Positions 11,101 through 21,791 of a stretch of 56,706 nt of DNA are shown here, piece after piece. The stretch's first letter is position 1, and every line of letters starts with the position of its first letter. Position numbers and translations under genes: made by a program. The notes beneath the pieces were generated by a model. The model was not told where the DNA came from, did not search any database, and worked only from the letters and a program-made list of their open reading frames with translations. This DNA comes from an uncultured Clostridia bacterium (GTDB lineage: Bacteria; Bacillota; Clostridia; Christensenellales; UBA1242): contig CALVMK010000016.1 of assembly GCA_944345545.1 (NCBI GenBank), forward strand, positions 1 through 56,706, given 5' to 3'.

Positions 11101-14100
11101 GTTCTCAGTGAGCACTAATGCAACAGTGCCCACCTCGATTGAATTTGCTTTATCATCATCTTTGCCAACATAGTCTACATAAGCTCTTACAGAAACCACA
11201 ATAGCATTAGTTTTAACATCAAAACCTGCATCAGTTATGATGTTGCCATTTTGGTCTATTGTTGCAAGACCTGCACCAAAACCTTCAATAGTGCTATCTG
11301 TGTTTATTTCAAAGAAAATTTTATTGCCTTGACCATAATAAGAGTTTAACAATGAAACAACATTTCCATCTTTGCCTACAACTTGATAATTTTCTGTCCA
11401 TAAACTAAGTGGTATTGTGTAAATTATTCCATTTCCTTCATCTTTTGGCTCGCAAGATGCAGCATCAATTTGCTTATAACGCAATGTTCCTGTGTTACCG
11501 TTTGTATCAACACCATAAGGATTTGGTGTTACGGTGTAACCAATACTGCTTGCATTGTAGCTATCGCTTTTTGCAAATTTTGTAACATACCCTTTAAAGA
11601 TTGAAGACAAAGTAGTTTTTGTGTTTACATTAAATTGTTGAACTGATTTAATATCTATTTTATCGCTTGCAGCAATATCATTATTTTCGTCAGCAGACAA
11701 TTCTGTAATTTGGAAATCATTTATTGTTAATGTTGAAATTTTATTATCTTCATCATAACTTGAAGAACTACCGTTATATTCAATTTGTGAATTAGGATTA
11801 TAATGTGTTATTTCTATTTTATATTTTCCACTAATTTCATTTTGAGTGTAAGTTGTTTTGTTTAAAATTGTTGATAGTGAAACATGAACATAATGAGAAT
11901 AGTTTTCTTTAACTGTAATCACATAAGGTGTTGTTGTTAATTTCTCGTTATTAGCATTATAAACTTCAAAATAGATATTTTTATTTGTTGAATTAGCAAA
12001 GTCTGCACTTATCAACAAGCTTATTGTGTCAGAATAAAGCGTTGTTGCTTTTACTTTTAACATATCAGTGTTAGATAAAGGTTTATCGCTTAATTCAAAG
12101 CCCCAAACATCATTTAAACTCAATTCATTTCTTAACGATTTAACTTGAACTCCATCATAATCTAATATGAAACCAACTTGTTTTACTCCTTGCGTAGAAT
12201 CTTTCACATTTAATGTAACAGTTTTTTCTTCGTCTGATAATGAACTATTTAAAGATGCAATATTTATTGTGCTTAACATTACCTTTTTATCTTTATTTAT
12301 TAAATTAGTAAGGTTTACTGAATTTTTAACACTGTAATTTTCATTTTGTTCTTTATATAAATAATTTATATCAAACTCTTCTGGTAAATAGTCAAATGAT
12401 TCATCAACATCAACGTTTTCAAGAACTACAAAGTTTTGGCTGTTAAATTCAAGTTTATAGTTGTTTTTGCTTGAAGCTATTGCAGTGTATGTTACATTTT
12501 CTCCATCTTTTTTGCCATAAACAAATGCAACTTTTTCTTCAGTTGTTGTTCCTCCAGTTACTAAACTCTTGTTAACATCTAATTGTAAATAAAGTTCTTC
12601 TTTTGTAGTATTTAAACACATTATCTTATAAGCTGTTGTGCCGTTTACAGTTTCTTTATATGTGTATAAAATTGGCGTATTATTTTCGCTTACGCTTCCC
12701 GTTATACTCATTTCTGTGATTTTAATATATGTACCTTCAGCTTGTAAATCGTATAAAGAGAAGTCTACGCTTTCAAAGTTTTTGAAATCACTTAAAAATA
12801 CTATTTGTCCATCTCCACCATTTAATTCACTGTTATGAATTGTTGTGTTTCCTGTGATAGAAACAGAACCTTGTCTTTTAATTTCAACGGATATGTTAAG
12901 GCTTCCACTTTCTAAATTAACGCCAGATAAATCTATTGAATAATCTTTATTCCCAACTGCAGAACTGCCAAGTGAATTACCAGATTTTATATCTGAAATG
13001 CTAATAAAGTTAGAAACATCAAAATTTTGATTATCTAAAACATTATTTGATGTTGCTGGCGTAACAGAAACTGCATAACGTTGTTTTAAATAAATACTTG
13101 TAGAAATTAATACTTCTTCTGTTTCACCATTTTTATCAGCTTCAAGCATAATCTCTAATGTAAGCGGAATTGACATTGCTCCATCATAGAATTTGGAATC
13201 CATAACATTAAAGGTTGCTCTGTTTTGAACGCCTTCAGTTTTTACTAAAGCCCCTGTGTCTTCATTGCTTGAATTTAACGCTTTAAATGTAGATATTGGG
13301 TCTCCACTATCTGAAAGATTATTGTAATAGCTAACTAGCACAAAGTAGTCTGCATCTAAATTGCTGAGATAAGACTGTCTTTCAGCTACGGCTGTGTTAA
13401 TATAGTCATCATAATCTAACAATCTTATTGAAGAGCCTTCCCAAATCTCTGAACCTTGAACTTGCGCCCCAGTTGAATCTATAATTTGAACAATGTTTGT
13501 GCTAGATGTTTTTGCTTTTAATGTAACATAATATCTTAATGTGTATCCAAAAACATCAGTTATGTCAATATAACCTTCAATATCGCCATAATGTGCAACA
13601 GTGCTTCCTTCAACAAATTGAACAACATTGTTTCCTGTGCTTGCCATTTTTAAATAGTTTTTCAAATTTGAACTTAATGTGTAAGTAAAGTTAGTAGCTT
13701 GGTTAGTTAAATTTGTTCCGTTTTTATGTTTTATAACAACACGACTTGAATCGCCAGACTTTGCTATTGTTAATGGCAAGGTTGTTATGCTGTCACCTTG
13801 TCCTACTAATGTGCTATCTTCATAATACAAGTAAAGCGGTGTTGATTGAGAGTTTTGAGTTGATGTAGCACTTTCTGCGTTAGTTAAAGTATATTGCCAA
13901 TCAGGTAATATTTTTATCATTATATAAGCAGAAGTTGTTTGAACGTCATTGTCTGCTATTTGAACAGAATAAGTTACCTTGTAAACAACATAATTGCCTT
14001 CATTTTCTGCTCCATCTGCTAAAATATTGAAATCGTAAGTTATTCCCCCATTTTCTGTTATTTGTTGAATTGGGGCTACCCTTGATGGTGGATAGTTATA

Positions 14101-17100
14101 TTGTCCACCTACAGTTGCAAGGTATCTTAACACATAATTATCGCCAGAACCAACAGCTGGGAAAGGAATATTGCCATTTTTTTGGTCTTCAAATTGTGTG
14201 TAGTCATAATCTAACGTAGCAACTAAATATAGAGATATGCTTATACTTCTTGTTGTGTCTTTTGTGAAATAATCTTGGGTGTAATTTTGCCCGTTATATT
14301 TAGTAATTTCCCAAATATTATTTTCCCCAGCAACCCCTAAAATTCCTAAGCTTGTTTCATTTGCTTCCAATGTTTCCATAAAGCCAGATGAAACAGTTTT
14401 ACCATTACCAATTTTAAAATCAAAAACAGCTTTATAATTATAGGTTACAAAATCATTTACATAGCTAAGGTTAAAAGTTATTGTTTGTATTCCCGAAGAT
14501 GCTTCGCTAAAATCAAGTTCTGTTTCTCCCATTGTGCTGTAACCATTATTTGTAGCATCTAAAGCACTTGCATATTTTGAATAATCAACAAGGTCGCCTC
14601 TGTAATACACACTTATTCTTGTTTTAACTTCGCTAGTTCCAACGGTTGCTATATCACTGAATAACAAAGGTTGATTATTGTTTGTAATTGTGAAATACTT
14701 ATCAAAACTGTTATCTCCAGTTGCATAAGGGTCTATTCTCTCACTAGGAATACTGGTTGCGTTAGAGAAATTTAATAAGAGTTTTATTGTTTGTCCAGCA
14801 TAGGTTTTATCTAAAGTTATGCTATCTAAGAATGTTGAACCATTATCTATAGATATTTTAGCGTTTTCTTTTGCTGTAATTACTGTGTTATCAGCAAGTG
14901 TTGATTTACCTTGGAAAGTTAAAAGTTGATAACTACTTGAGAAGATTTTTTGTTGTTCAGCTGATAAAATGAATATTTCCATCATTTTGCTATCAGTAGA
15001 AACTTCTGTATCGCCAAAATAATTTATTTCATAAGAAAGCAAGTTCCCTATATTTTTGTCCAGTCTAACACTATAAGTCTCACGTTCTATTCCGTCAACT
15101 TTAATTATAAATGATAACACAATTGAATTCACGCTTGCCCCGCTAGTCTTCCAACTAAGCGTTATAGAAGTTGAATTTAATTTGCCACTTTCATCAATTG
15201 AATTTGTTTCCATGTAACTTTTCCAGCTTGTACCAGAAAGAACTATTTCTATTGATTCTTCTGTTAAACTAATGTCTTCGCCATCTTTATTTTTAACTAC
15301 AACTCTGTTTGCATCTCCAAATAAAGCCTTATCAGCAAAGTTTAATACAAAACTATTTCCTTCTTCAGCAGAAAGGTAAACATATTCTACATCTCTAGCC
15401 TCTCCACTAGCGTTTGGATAATTTAGTGTTACAGTTTTATCTGGCACAACTTCAAATTGAACATAAGCGTTATATTCAACACCAGATATTGTTATTGTGG
15501 CTTGAATAATAACTTTTGTTGCACTTGAAACAGGTTTTGTATCAACGGTTATCTCTGGAGCTTCGCCATCAACGTAAGTTTTATATAAACTTTCTATTGC
15601 TTCGCCACCTTCTAAAACATATAGTCCTAATTCATTATCCGTTTCTGTGCTTCCGCCATAATATTTATCGCCTGTGGTTATGATAGTAAACAAAGAATTT
15701 TCTTCTGCTACAATTTCTCCAACATGGCTTGTTGCTAAAACTTGACTTGCTACAATGTTTTTACCTGTTTCATTAGAATAAATTATTTCATCTATTACTA
15801 ATGGTTCTTGCGCAGAAGTGTTAGTTACAATGTTTGGATATACTGTTAAAATAAAGTTATAAACAAATTTTTCTTCCCCAGCACTTGTTAATGGCAATTT
15901 TAATGTAATGCTGTAAGTTTTGCTAGACTTTAACTGTGGTAATGTTAAGTCGGCTAATGTTGAGCCTTCACTTCCTTCTTTCACAGCAAGTGTAATATCG
16001 CCAGATTTTCCACCTGTTGATAAATCTATAACTTCAATTTCTACATCATTCCAATCAGTAACTTGAATTGGGCTACCGCCTTCTTCTATACTAAGTATTT
16101 CGTTTAAATTTAATGTTCTATCGGAGTAAGTATAATAGGTTGCATCTTGTTTATATAAGTAGTTAGCTTTTTCATTTAGTGTGGCTGAAATGTTAGATTT
16201 AAACACAACATCTATTTCTTTATATGCCGTATTTTTTCCATACAATGTGTATAACACAACTTTAAAAGTTAAATCACTAACTAATTTCTCGCCTTCTTTA
16301 AGTGAAATTATCCCACTTGTTTTATCAAAATCTAACTTATCAATTTGGTTTACATCATAAATGTGATATCTAAGCAAATCACTCTTAGTTACTATTCCAC
16401 CGCTAACAACAGCTAAAGTAACTCTGTCGCTCATGCTTAAAACATAGTTTGTGTCTATTTCAATTTCCGATTCATTATAATTGCTGTTTAAATCATCAGT
16501 TTTAAAAGCTAATTCTTCATAAGCATAGTTAACAATTATTTTGTAAAGTGCAGAAGAACCAATATAATTTTCCCCTAAATATGCTTCTGCTCTAACAACA
16601 ATTGTAAGCATAGAACTTGGCAAATATTTTATTGTTAAATCACCATTTTCAGTTAACCCCAAGAAACCTTCAATGTTTGTGCCCGTTATTTCAATGTTTC
16701 CCACAAATAAACTGTCAATATAAAATTTTAAATCAGGTTCTGGTTTTACATCTTCATAAACACCATTTGTTTCTACTTGAAGAACAAATCTTTTACCTGC
16801 TTCATAATTAGGTATGTTTTCAGTAAAGGTTTCATTCAAATTCAAGTGAATGTCGCTATTAGATTCAAATTCTAAATATTCAGCAACATTTGCTCCAACT
16901 GGATTAGCTCCGTAAATATATGGATAATAAACATTTAATTTTGCACTTGGAACTATTTTTATTCTGTAACTAAAAATTTCAGTTTGAGTGGCTTCAACAT
17001 AACAAATAATCTTTATAAATTTTTCAGTGCCATAAGTATAGGTTGATAAAATTCCAGTTGAAGCATTAAATGTGGCATAGGCATTTGGATTTAATGTTCC

Positions 17101-20100
17101 ATCTTCATTTTCAATCTTAAATGAAAAATTCGTTTTATAATAATCTGATATGCCATACCCATCTATTTCAAATAGGTTATAAAGGTCATATTCTTTTCCG
17201 CCGTCATAACTATCATAAATGTTTTCGTCTTCAATATATTGTTTATTATTAATCAAATAAATATTTTTATTAACTTTATTAATTAAATTTGCATAATCTG
17301 CTGTTTGATTTACATCGTTTGAAGTTTTATATTTAACATATTCATATTCACCCGGCAAAATGAGAGCATTAAATTGAATATCCCCAACACCATTTTGTGT
17401 TATTGTAAATGTAGATTGATTAACATTTGATATGCCTGTATTGATTGTTATACTGTTATCATCTGTTGAATAAATTGATGGATTTCCTACAAAAGATAAA
17501 CTATATTCCCCTACATTATCTTCATGCGTTAAAGATTTGCCAGTTGAGTCTTTAAATATTCCTAATATGCTATCAAAATTATATTTATAACCAGAAACTA
17601 AAACTAAATGAAGATTATCATTTTCTGTTTCTAGATTATAATTTGCAAAAGCAGTATGAGAAAGTACTCCGTCAGCAGTTGAAATTTTTGTGTTGTTTTC
17701 TGCACTTATGTCTGGAGTAACAACATTAGGAGAAATTGTTAATTGCATTTTTTCAATTAAAATTAAATCACCACTGCCAACTGAACCATAAAGTATGTAA
17801 AGTTGTAATGTTTCTTTTTCAATCAATTCTTTTAAAATTTTGATTTTTGCGCCAGAGTTTTCATCATTTATTATTTCAAATGTACCATATGTTTCATCTG
17901 TTATTATAGAATTGCCATCAAAAGAAAGGTAAATTGAACTAAAATTGGTTAAAGCGTCCCCTTTGTTAGCAATGTTCTTTATAAGACCAATAATTGAAGA
18001 ATCTGTTCCGTAAATAGATATTTCTTCATTCACCCCTGTTGTTAGATAGTGGGTGCCTAAATTTAATGTGCCATCTTGTTCGTAAACACAATTCTTTTTA
18101 TCAACGCTTACATTTGCATTTACATTAAAGTAAAGATTTTGCTTAAACCCATATCCTACATTATTAGGATCGTTTCCAGAATATAATGTAATAATTTGTT
18201 GTCCAATTCTGTCTGCACCAAAGTACAATGTTAAAGTTTTAGAGTCGTCTGATATAATCGCACTAGATAACCCATTTTCTAAATTAATAGCATTACCGTT
18301 TTCATCACATACATTAATTAACCTTGTTGAACCAAATTCATGTTCCCACTTTAAGTCCACAATTATATTATTATCTGAGTATACTCCTCTATATACAGGG
18401 TTATCACCAACACTTTCAGCACCAGATTGAATAGTGGTCTCATTTATCGTAGAATTAGCTAAAACTATTGCAGGCTCAATTGTAACATTAATAACTTGGT
18501 TTATTGAAGATATGCCTGGAACTGTTGCTACTAATTTAAAACTATAAGAAGTTCCAAAATTTTCTAAAATCTCAATGTCGCCGTTTAATTCTATCCATTC
18601 GTTATTTGTTTTTAAATCTGGAGAACTAAACTTGGTTACTTCATTTAAAACATATTGTTGTTCATCTAATGTGTAATATATTTCAAATATTATATTAGAA
18701 CCTATTAAATCTATAGTTCTTGCTTTTACCCCTAAAGTTTGAATATTAACCGTCATTTTAGAAGAATCATATATTTCGCTTACACCATCATAGTCATTTT
18801 TGTCGAACAAATATTCCTGACTTTGAGAAGTTTTATCATAAACTTCATAATATTTTATTCTGCTCACATATCCGTTTTGCGAGCCATTATTAAAATAAAG
18901 GGTTGCCGTTGGATATTCACTAATTAAAGCAGAAGATTTTGTTGATGTTGAAACATTTACTTCAAAATTTCCATCTTCATCTGGGGCTGTAACACTGGCG
19001 TTATTTACAATGTCAACTCCATCTGTAGTTTGCATTATAATGTTTCCATATTTATCATAAACAACAACATTATATCGCCCAGTTGTTTCATCAAAAATTG
19101 TTGCTTCCAAATCTCCGTTAAAATTATTTAAACTGTAGGTTGTGCCAATCTCAGTTGCTATTTTTGTATCGCTTACTGGTGTAGTATCCACTCCACTAAT
19201 TTCAATTTTTTCTACAATTCGATTGTCAACTTCTGTTTTGATAATTGACTCTTCTTTTCCAAACTCAATTTTTGCAGGATTTCCGTCATAAACTTCAAAA
19301 TTCTTTGTTAAAGCTGTATTGTTATAGTCTAAAGCATTTACAGACACTGTTTTACTTTCTGTTTTTTGATATGTCAACTCGAACTTTAGTTCTATATCTT
19401 GAGAAACATTCCTAGCAATCATAGGAATATAAATTGCTTTAACTCCATTGCCTAAATCTCTAATATTACCAGCCGAAATGTTTGTTTTAGTGTATGTTAT
19501 AACACTTGTTGGGACTCCTGTTGAAGCATTAGAAAACTGAATATTTATTAAATTGCTGTTCCATGCATTTATAAATATATCTTGTTCAACTGCCTGTTCC
19601 TTTTCTTCTATTCCAGAATAAAATCTTATTTCCAAAACAAAGGCAGGGTCTTGAGTGTTATTTCCTTTAAAAGCATATTTATTGCTATAACTATCATCAT
19701 TTTGGTTTTTTACGCCATCTATATCATAGTTTAAATTGTAATCTATTACGTTTTCTGCTGTTATTTCACCTTTTATTTCGTTTAATGTAATGCTATCAGT
19801 AATAGCAAGCACTTCAACTTTTTTAAGTGTTTTTGTTATTGTAAACTCAAGTGGTTGATTGCTTAATTCATTGTCTATATTTTTTACAATTGTTACTATT
19901 TGATATTCCCCTTGATTTAAAATAGGAGCACCAAGATAATCTGTTTGAATAACAACAGCAATAACATTAAATGTGCCTACGCCAAGAGTTTCAAACTCTC
20001 CATCAATGCTTTCTATTTCAGCAGCTGATGTTTTTGTTCCTAAACCATAACTAGCAAACAGCGAATCAAAATTAAACAAACTATCATCAGTTGCCACTAA

Positions 20101-21609
20101 GCCAGAAATCATTTTTGTTATGTCTTCACCTTCAACAGTTGTATAGGCTATATATTTAACCGTTGTGTAAGAGCCTTGTGTTATGTTTATGTTGTTGTAA
20201 AGATTGTAACTTTGATGAACTATATCTTCTTCATTTTGCGCATCTTCATAAGTTAAAGTTATTGGGGCTTCATTCTTCCATGTAAGTTTTGTTGTTTCAA
20301 TTCCCGCAGTAGACCAATAAGGTGTTTTTTTGACGGCATCTTCATCTTCTATGATTCCCTTATCTCCAAATATTCTTACTTCTATATTGAAATAAAAATC
20401 TGGATTATTAACTGCAACCGTCCAATAACTTTTGTTGTAATCAGTAAGATTTATTTGTGGGTAATAATATGTTTTAATTTCTCCGTCTTCCTTGACAACA
20501 ACAGAATCACTGTATTCAACAATTTTAACTTCATCTCCTGTTGAGCCTTCTGGGTATAAAATTCTAATACCCATGTCTGCAATTTTATACGCCATGTCTG
20601 CACTTGTATCTGTTGATAAAACATTTATTCCAAGTGAATTATCATTTTCATTGTTAGAATTAGCATAAATTACGCTAGTTTTATTAAACGGAAGTTGCTT
20701 TCCGCTGGTTTGAGAAATTTCAAATCCTGAAATTGTTTGTGTAACAAATGACACATTAATTTCAGCAGATTTTCCAAGTGTTTCATTAGAAGCCTGTGTA
20801 ATCAAATCACCTTCTTCTTCATACATAGCTTCATATTCTTGTTGCAACTGTGAATTTTTAAAACAATAAGCCTTGATAGTTATAGGAATTTCTGTTTCTG
20901 TAGGTTTTAATGCTTTAAATGTTCTTTTGCCGTTTACATAACCTAAGTCTTGAATATAATCATTAACATTTCCTTGAGCAATTGTGAAAGCATAATAAAC
21001 AGATTTTTGCTCTGTTGTGCTTCCAAACATATATGCACTGCTTTCTGGAGTGAACTGTGGCTCTACTGTAAAGGTTGAATTAACAGCAAAAGTGTCCGCT
21101 TGATTTCCGCTAGACTTTGCAACAACATTTAAAGAATAAACAGGAACATCTATGTTGATTGTGGTTTCCGCTTGAGTAACTCCAACTACATCTGTTCGTG
21201 CAACAATAGTAGAACTTCCACCCTTGTTCCAATTCCCTTCTGTTTCATCATAATATTCTTGAGAAACAATAACCTTAAAAGGCTCACCAATGTTTGCATA
21301 TTGTGGTATGCTTATAACACCATTAGACAACCTTCCATTGCTAACAGATATACTTTGATTTTTAAAAGAAAGTGTTACTCTTTTTTCAGTTACATTTTGA
21401 GTTGATGTTTGCACTTCTATTTCAAAAGAAACATTTCCATCATTATCTAATGAGCCAACTTCATTATAAACGCTTTGCTCAAAAAAGATATTTTCAGGTT
21501 TAACTTTTTCTTGGTCAAAATAACCCACTGCATACAAAATGCCGTAAGTTATTCCAAAAACTCCAATTAATGAAAAAAATACAATTAAAAAAATTTTAAA
21601 AAATCTCAT
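8173..21609 (-). CDS. Giant (about 4478 aa) membrane-anchored, repeat-poor extracellular protein, probably beta-rich by composition
   Basis: Uninterrupted 13.4 kb reading frame in DNA where AT-rich stop codons are otherwise frequent. The track ORF starts at a TTG at 21654. The ATG at 21609 has GGAGA 6 nt upstream and lies downstream of the predicted transcription start, so it is preferred. One N-terminal hydrophobic anchor (FFKIFLIVFFSLIGVFGITYGILYAVGYF). The rest is Asn/Thr/Ser/Ile/Tyr/Glu-rich with few Cys and no C-terminal LPXTG. Confidence 0.9.
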   Translation of the reverse strand: MRFFKIFLIVFFSLIGVFGITYGILYAVGYFDQEKVKPENIFFEQSVYNEVGSLDNDGNVSFEIEVQTSTQNVTEKRVTLSFKNQSISVSNGRLSNGVISIPQYANIGEPFKVIVSQEYYDETEGNWNKGGSSTIVARTDVVGVTQAETTINIDVPVYSLNVVAKSSGNQADTFAVNSTFTVEPQFTPESSAYMFGSTTEQKSVYYAFTIAQGNVNDYIQDLGYVNGKRTFKALKPTETEIPITIKAYCFKNSQLQQEYEAMYEEEGDLITQASNETLGKSAEINVSFVTQTISGFEISQTSGKQLPFNKTSVIYANSNNENDNSLGINVLSTDTSADMAYKIADMGIRILYPEGSTGDEVKIVEYSDSVVVKEDGEIKTYYYPQINLTDYNKSYWTVAVNNPDFYFNIEVRIFGDKGIIEDEDAVKKTPYWSTAGIETTKLTWKNEAPITLTYEDAQNEEDIVHQSYNLYNNINITQGSYTTVKYIAYTTVEGEDITKMISGLVATDDSLFNFDSLFASYGLGTKTSAAEIESIDGEFETLGVGTFNVIAVVIQTDYLGAPILNQGEYQIVTIVKNIDNELSNQPLEFTITKTLKKVEVLAITDSITLNEIKGEITAENVIDYNLNYDIDGVKNQNDDSYSNKYAFKGNNTQDPAFVLEIRFYSGIEEKEQAVEQDIFINAWNSNLINIQFSNASTGVPTSVITYTKTNISAGNIRDLGNGVKAIYIPMIARNVSQDIELKFELTYQKTESKTVSVNALDYNNTALTKNFEVYDGNPAKIEFGKEESIIKTEVDNRIVEKIEISGVDTTPVSDTKIATEIGTTYSLNNFNGDLEATIFDETTGRYNVVVYDKYGNIIMQTTDGVDIVNNASVTAPDEDGNFEVNVSTSTKSSALISEYPTATLYFNNGSQNGYVSRIKYYEVYDKTSQSQEYLFDKNDYDGVSEIYDSSKMTVNIQTLGVKARTIDLIGSNIIFEIYYTLDEQQYVLNEVTKFSSPDLKTNNEWIELNGDIEILENFGTSYSFKLVATVPGISSINQVINVTIEPAIVLANSTINETTIQSGAESVGDNPVYRGVYSDNNIIVDLKWEHEFGSTRLINVCDENGNAINLENGLSSAIISDDSKTLTLYFGADRIGQQIITLYSGNDPNNVGYGFKQNLYFNVNANVSVDKKNCVYEQDGTLNLGTHYLTTGVNEEISIYGTDSSIIGLIKNIANKGDALTNFSSIYLSFDGNSIITDETYGTFEIINDENSGAKIKILKELIEKETLQLYILYGSVGSGDLILIEKMQLTISPNVVTPDISAENNTKISTADGVLSHTAFANYNLETENDNLHLVLVSGYKYNFDSILGIFKDSTGKSLTHEDNVGEYSLSFVGNPSIYSTDDNSITINTGISNVNQSTFTITQNGVGDIQFNALILPGEYEYVKYKTSNDVNQTADYANLINKVNKNIYLINNKQYIEDENIYDSYDGGKEYDLYNLFEIDGYGISDYYKTNFSFKIENEDGTLNPNAYATFNASTGILSTYTYGTEKFIKIICYVEATQTEIFSYRIKIVPSAKLNVYYPYIYGANPVGANVAEYLEFESNSDIHLNLNETFTENIPNYEAGKRFVLQVETNGVYEDVKPEPDLKFYIDSLFVGNIEITGTNIEGFLGLTENGDLTIKYLPSSMLTIVVRAEAYLGENYIGSSALYKIIVNYAYEELAFKTDDLNSNYNESEIEIDTNYVLSMSDRVTLAVVSGGIVTKSDLLRYHIYDVNQIDKLDFDKTSGIISLKEGEKLVSDLTFKVVLYTLYGKNTAYKEIDVVFKSNISATLNEKANYLYKQDATYYTYSDRTLNLNEILSIEEGGSPIQVTDWNDVEIEVIDLSTGGKSGDITLAVKEGSEGSTLADLTLPQLKSSKTYSITLKLPLTSAGEEKFVYNFILTVYPNIVTNTSAQEPLVIDEIIYSNETGKNIVASQVLATSHVGEIVAEENSLFTIITTGDKYYGGSTETDNELGLYVLEGGEAIESLYKTYVDGEAPEITVDTKPVSSATKVIIQATITISGVEYNAYVQFEVVPDKTVTLNYPNASGEARDVEYVYLSAEEGNSFVLNFADKALFGDANRVVVKNKDGEDISLTEESIEIVLSGTSWKSYMETNSIDESGKLNSTSITLSWKTSGASVNSIVLSFIIKVDGIERETYSVRLDKNIGNLLSYEINYFGDTEVSTDSKMMEIFILSAEQQKIFSSSYQLLTFQGKSTLADNTVITAKENAKISIDNGSTFLDSITLDKTYAGQTIKLLLNFSNATSIPSERIDPYATGDNSFDKYFTITNNNQPLLFSDIATVGTSEVKTRISVYYRGDLVDYSKYASALDATNNGYSTMGETELDFSEASSGIQTITFNLSYVNDFVTYNYKAVFDFKIGNGKTVSSGFMETLEANETSLGILGVAGENNIWEITKYNGQNYTQDYFTKDTTRSISISLYLVATLDYDYTQFEDQKNGNIPFPAVGSGDNYVLRYLATVGGQYNYPPSRVAPIQQITENGGITYDFNILADGAENEGNYVVYKVTYSVQIADNDVQTTSAYIMIKILPDWQYTLTNAESATSTQNSQSTPLYLYYEDSTLVGQGDSITTLPLTIAKSGDSSRVVIKHKNGTNLTNQATNFTYTLSSNLKNYLKMASTGNNVVQFVEGSTVAHYGDIEGYIDITDVFGYTLRYYVTLKAKTSSTNIVQIIDSTGAQVQGSEIWEGSSIRLLDYDDYINTAVAERQSYLSNLDADYFVLVSYYNNLSDSGDPISTFKALNSSNEDTGALVKTEGVQNRATFNVMDSKFYDGAMSIPLTLEIMLEADKNGETEEVLISTSIYLKQRYAVSVTPATSNNVLDNQNFDVSNFISISDIKSGNSLGSSAVGNKDYSIDLSGVNLESGSLNISVEIKRQGSVSITGNTTIHNSELNGGDGQIVFLSDFKNFESVDFSLYDLQAEGTYIKITEMSITGSVSENNTPILYTYKETVNGTTAYKIMCLNTTKEELYLQLDVNKSLVTGGTTTEEKVAFVYGKKDGENVTYTAIASSKNNYKLEFNSQNFVVLENVDVDESFDYLPEEFDINYLYKEQNENYSVKNSVNLTNLINKDKKVMLSTINIASLNSSLSDEEKTVTLNVKDSTQGVKQVGFILDYDGVQVKSLRNELSLNDVWGFELSDKPLSNTDMLKVKATTLYSDTISLLISADFANSTNKNIYFEVYNANNEKLTTTPYVITVKENYSHYVHVSLSTILNKTTYTQNEISGKYKIEITHYNPNSQIEYNGSSSSYDEDNKISTLTINDFQITELSADENNDIAASDKIDIKSVQQFNVNTKTTLSSIFKGYVTKFAKSDSYNASSIGYTVTPNPYGVDTNGNTGTLRYKQIDAASCEPKDEGNGIIYTIPLSLWTENYQVVGKDGNVVSLLNSYYGQGNKIFFEINTDSTIEGFGAGLATIDQNGNIITDAGFDVKTNAIVVSVRAYVDYVGKDDDKANSIEVGTVALVLTENTLTAPSVGVYTVQRRSTGLDSEGQVVEVLYESCSYEVETPNDKVIQLNGLFPDRTTGGNIEKWQYNYNLITLFKDSTSITADTQNTTNLNIDLYTITDRTILKNQEVSAIIQAVSKTSGTVIDSAEFKFKFDANGYHLTLNNLSAEGEDSTPYSIDETNISNYNYKINLALKSIYGNEIITGLNYDYRLIITNYSTTASGSIVIDDMNIGSENADFNTDEIAVFKVDAYIGDDKQYSKYVGYVSDTAVEIGGLALDLENAFANEDAYESITRYETVFTGLVLNQSIFENIDFESEGYITPSIDNANTEVGKNHSWLLVAEEKNNSVNPASYIKLINVQLKYKKSFVIGGIETFENSLSPIISDQSLVNIGDLINFTKNNNNSNCSYKIVPNGADADNYTYIKNVNYIYNADGSNIPTYSFYKLEYNGSNGLTKENYIVKNNGTLSSFNMDQIGNTSSQEIKLTNYLAVSTELESISPNTNYMFVESFENSNSIKVQFINIAKEFDGSAYDNKSIYQTDSRKDFLSALNPDVTQNPIIGTSSIMKEGTTLEFEDSIGKVYSLKVKPTTSEVYYYYLYMNNTSSLPLEFFTPNGQDMGTQTQEELYSRISYFVINKIDISLMPETFSAKDYLFIANNDNEKLIEYKYLTAIQATLNDTVQDWLYFDGLNGTNFVNQLTEIKDGTTIELTGGKIYSITGVGENISSYYYLEQDTEIDVASISILSGTIRVYKEVSGLIQNNQISSVVVEDNGETIIYNFETEEVEGSGKTYYKLITDIINMPNSNLIVGFNNVNLTVGYYEITITGNNSSTKYVYIKADGDYAISDLLGGAISGGQTVRFKLVSTTDIGIASETLSANNYISYMTQDMDQVTEGEEVSIFKFVRILRVVGNILELENAIPENATFITGTSPSIIVPNNGSYIITRKNADVIVDTKSIEVTSEGEQILIDLSRNGFSFYIDGEGYNYTYELKRAENSSN

Positions 21610-21658
21610 TTTGTTTCTCCAAGATTTATTTAGATTATTTGCAATATTAGACAAATTA

Positions 21659-21687
21659 ATTATATATTTTACATTTTTTTAAGTCAA
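21659..21687 (-). promoter_or_regulatory. Consensus sigma-A promoter for the giant gene
   Basis: Minus strand reads TTGACT (21687-21682), a 17-nt spacer, then TATAAT (21664-21659). Confidence 0.62.
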
Positions 21688-21739
21688 ATGAATATGTAAT
21701 TAAAATTATTATATTTTAATAATATTTTATAAAGCAAAA

Positions 21740-21768
21740 TTGACAACTTTACGCCTATGTGTTATACT
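21740..21768 (+). promoter_or_regulatory. Near-consensus extended -10 sigma-A promoter for the 861-aa gene
   Basis: TTGACA (21740-21745), 17-nt spacer ending in TGt, then TATACT (21763-21768). It overlaps the first codons of the track ORF start at 21759, which argues against that start. Confidence 0.62.
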
Positions 21769-21791
21769 TAACTTGTAATAAAGGAGAAAAT

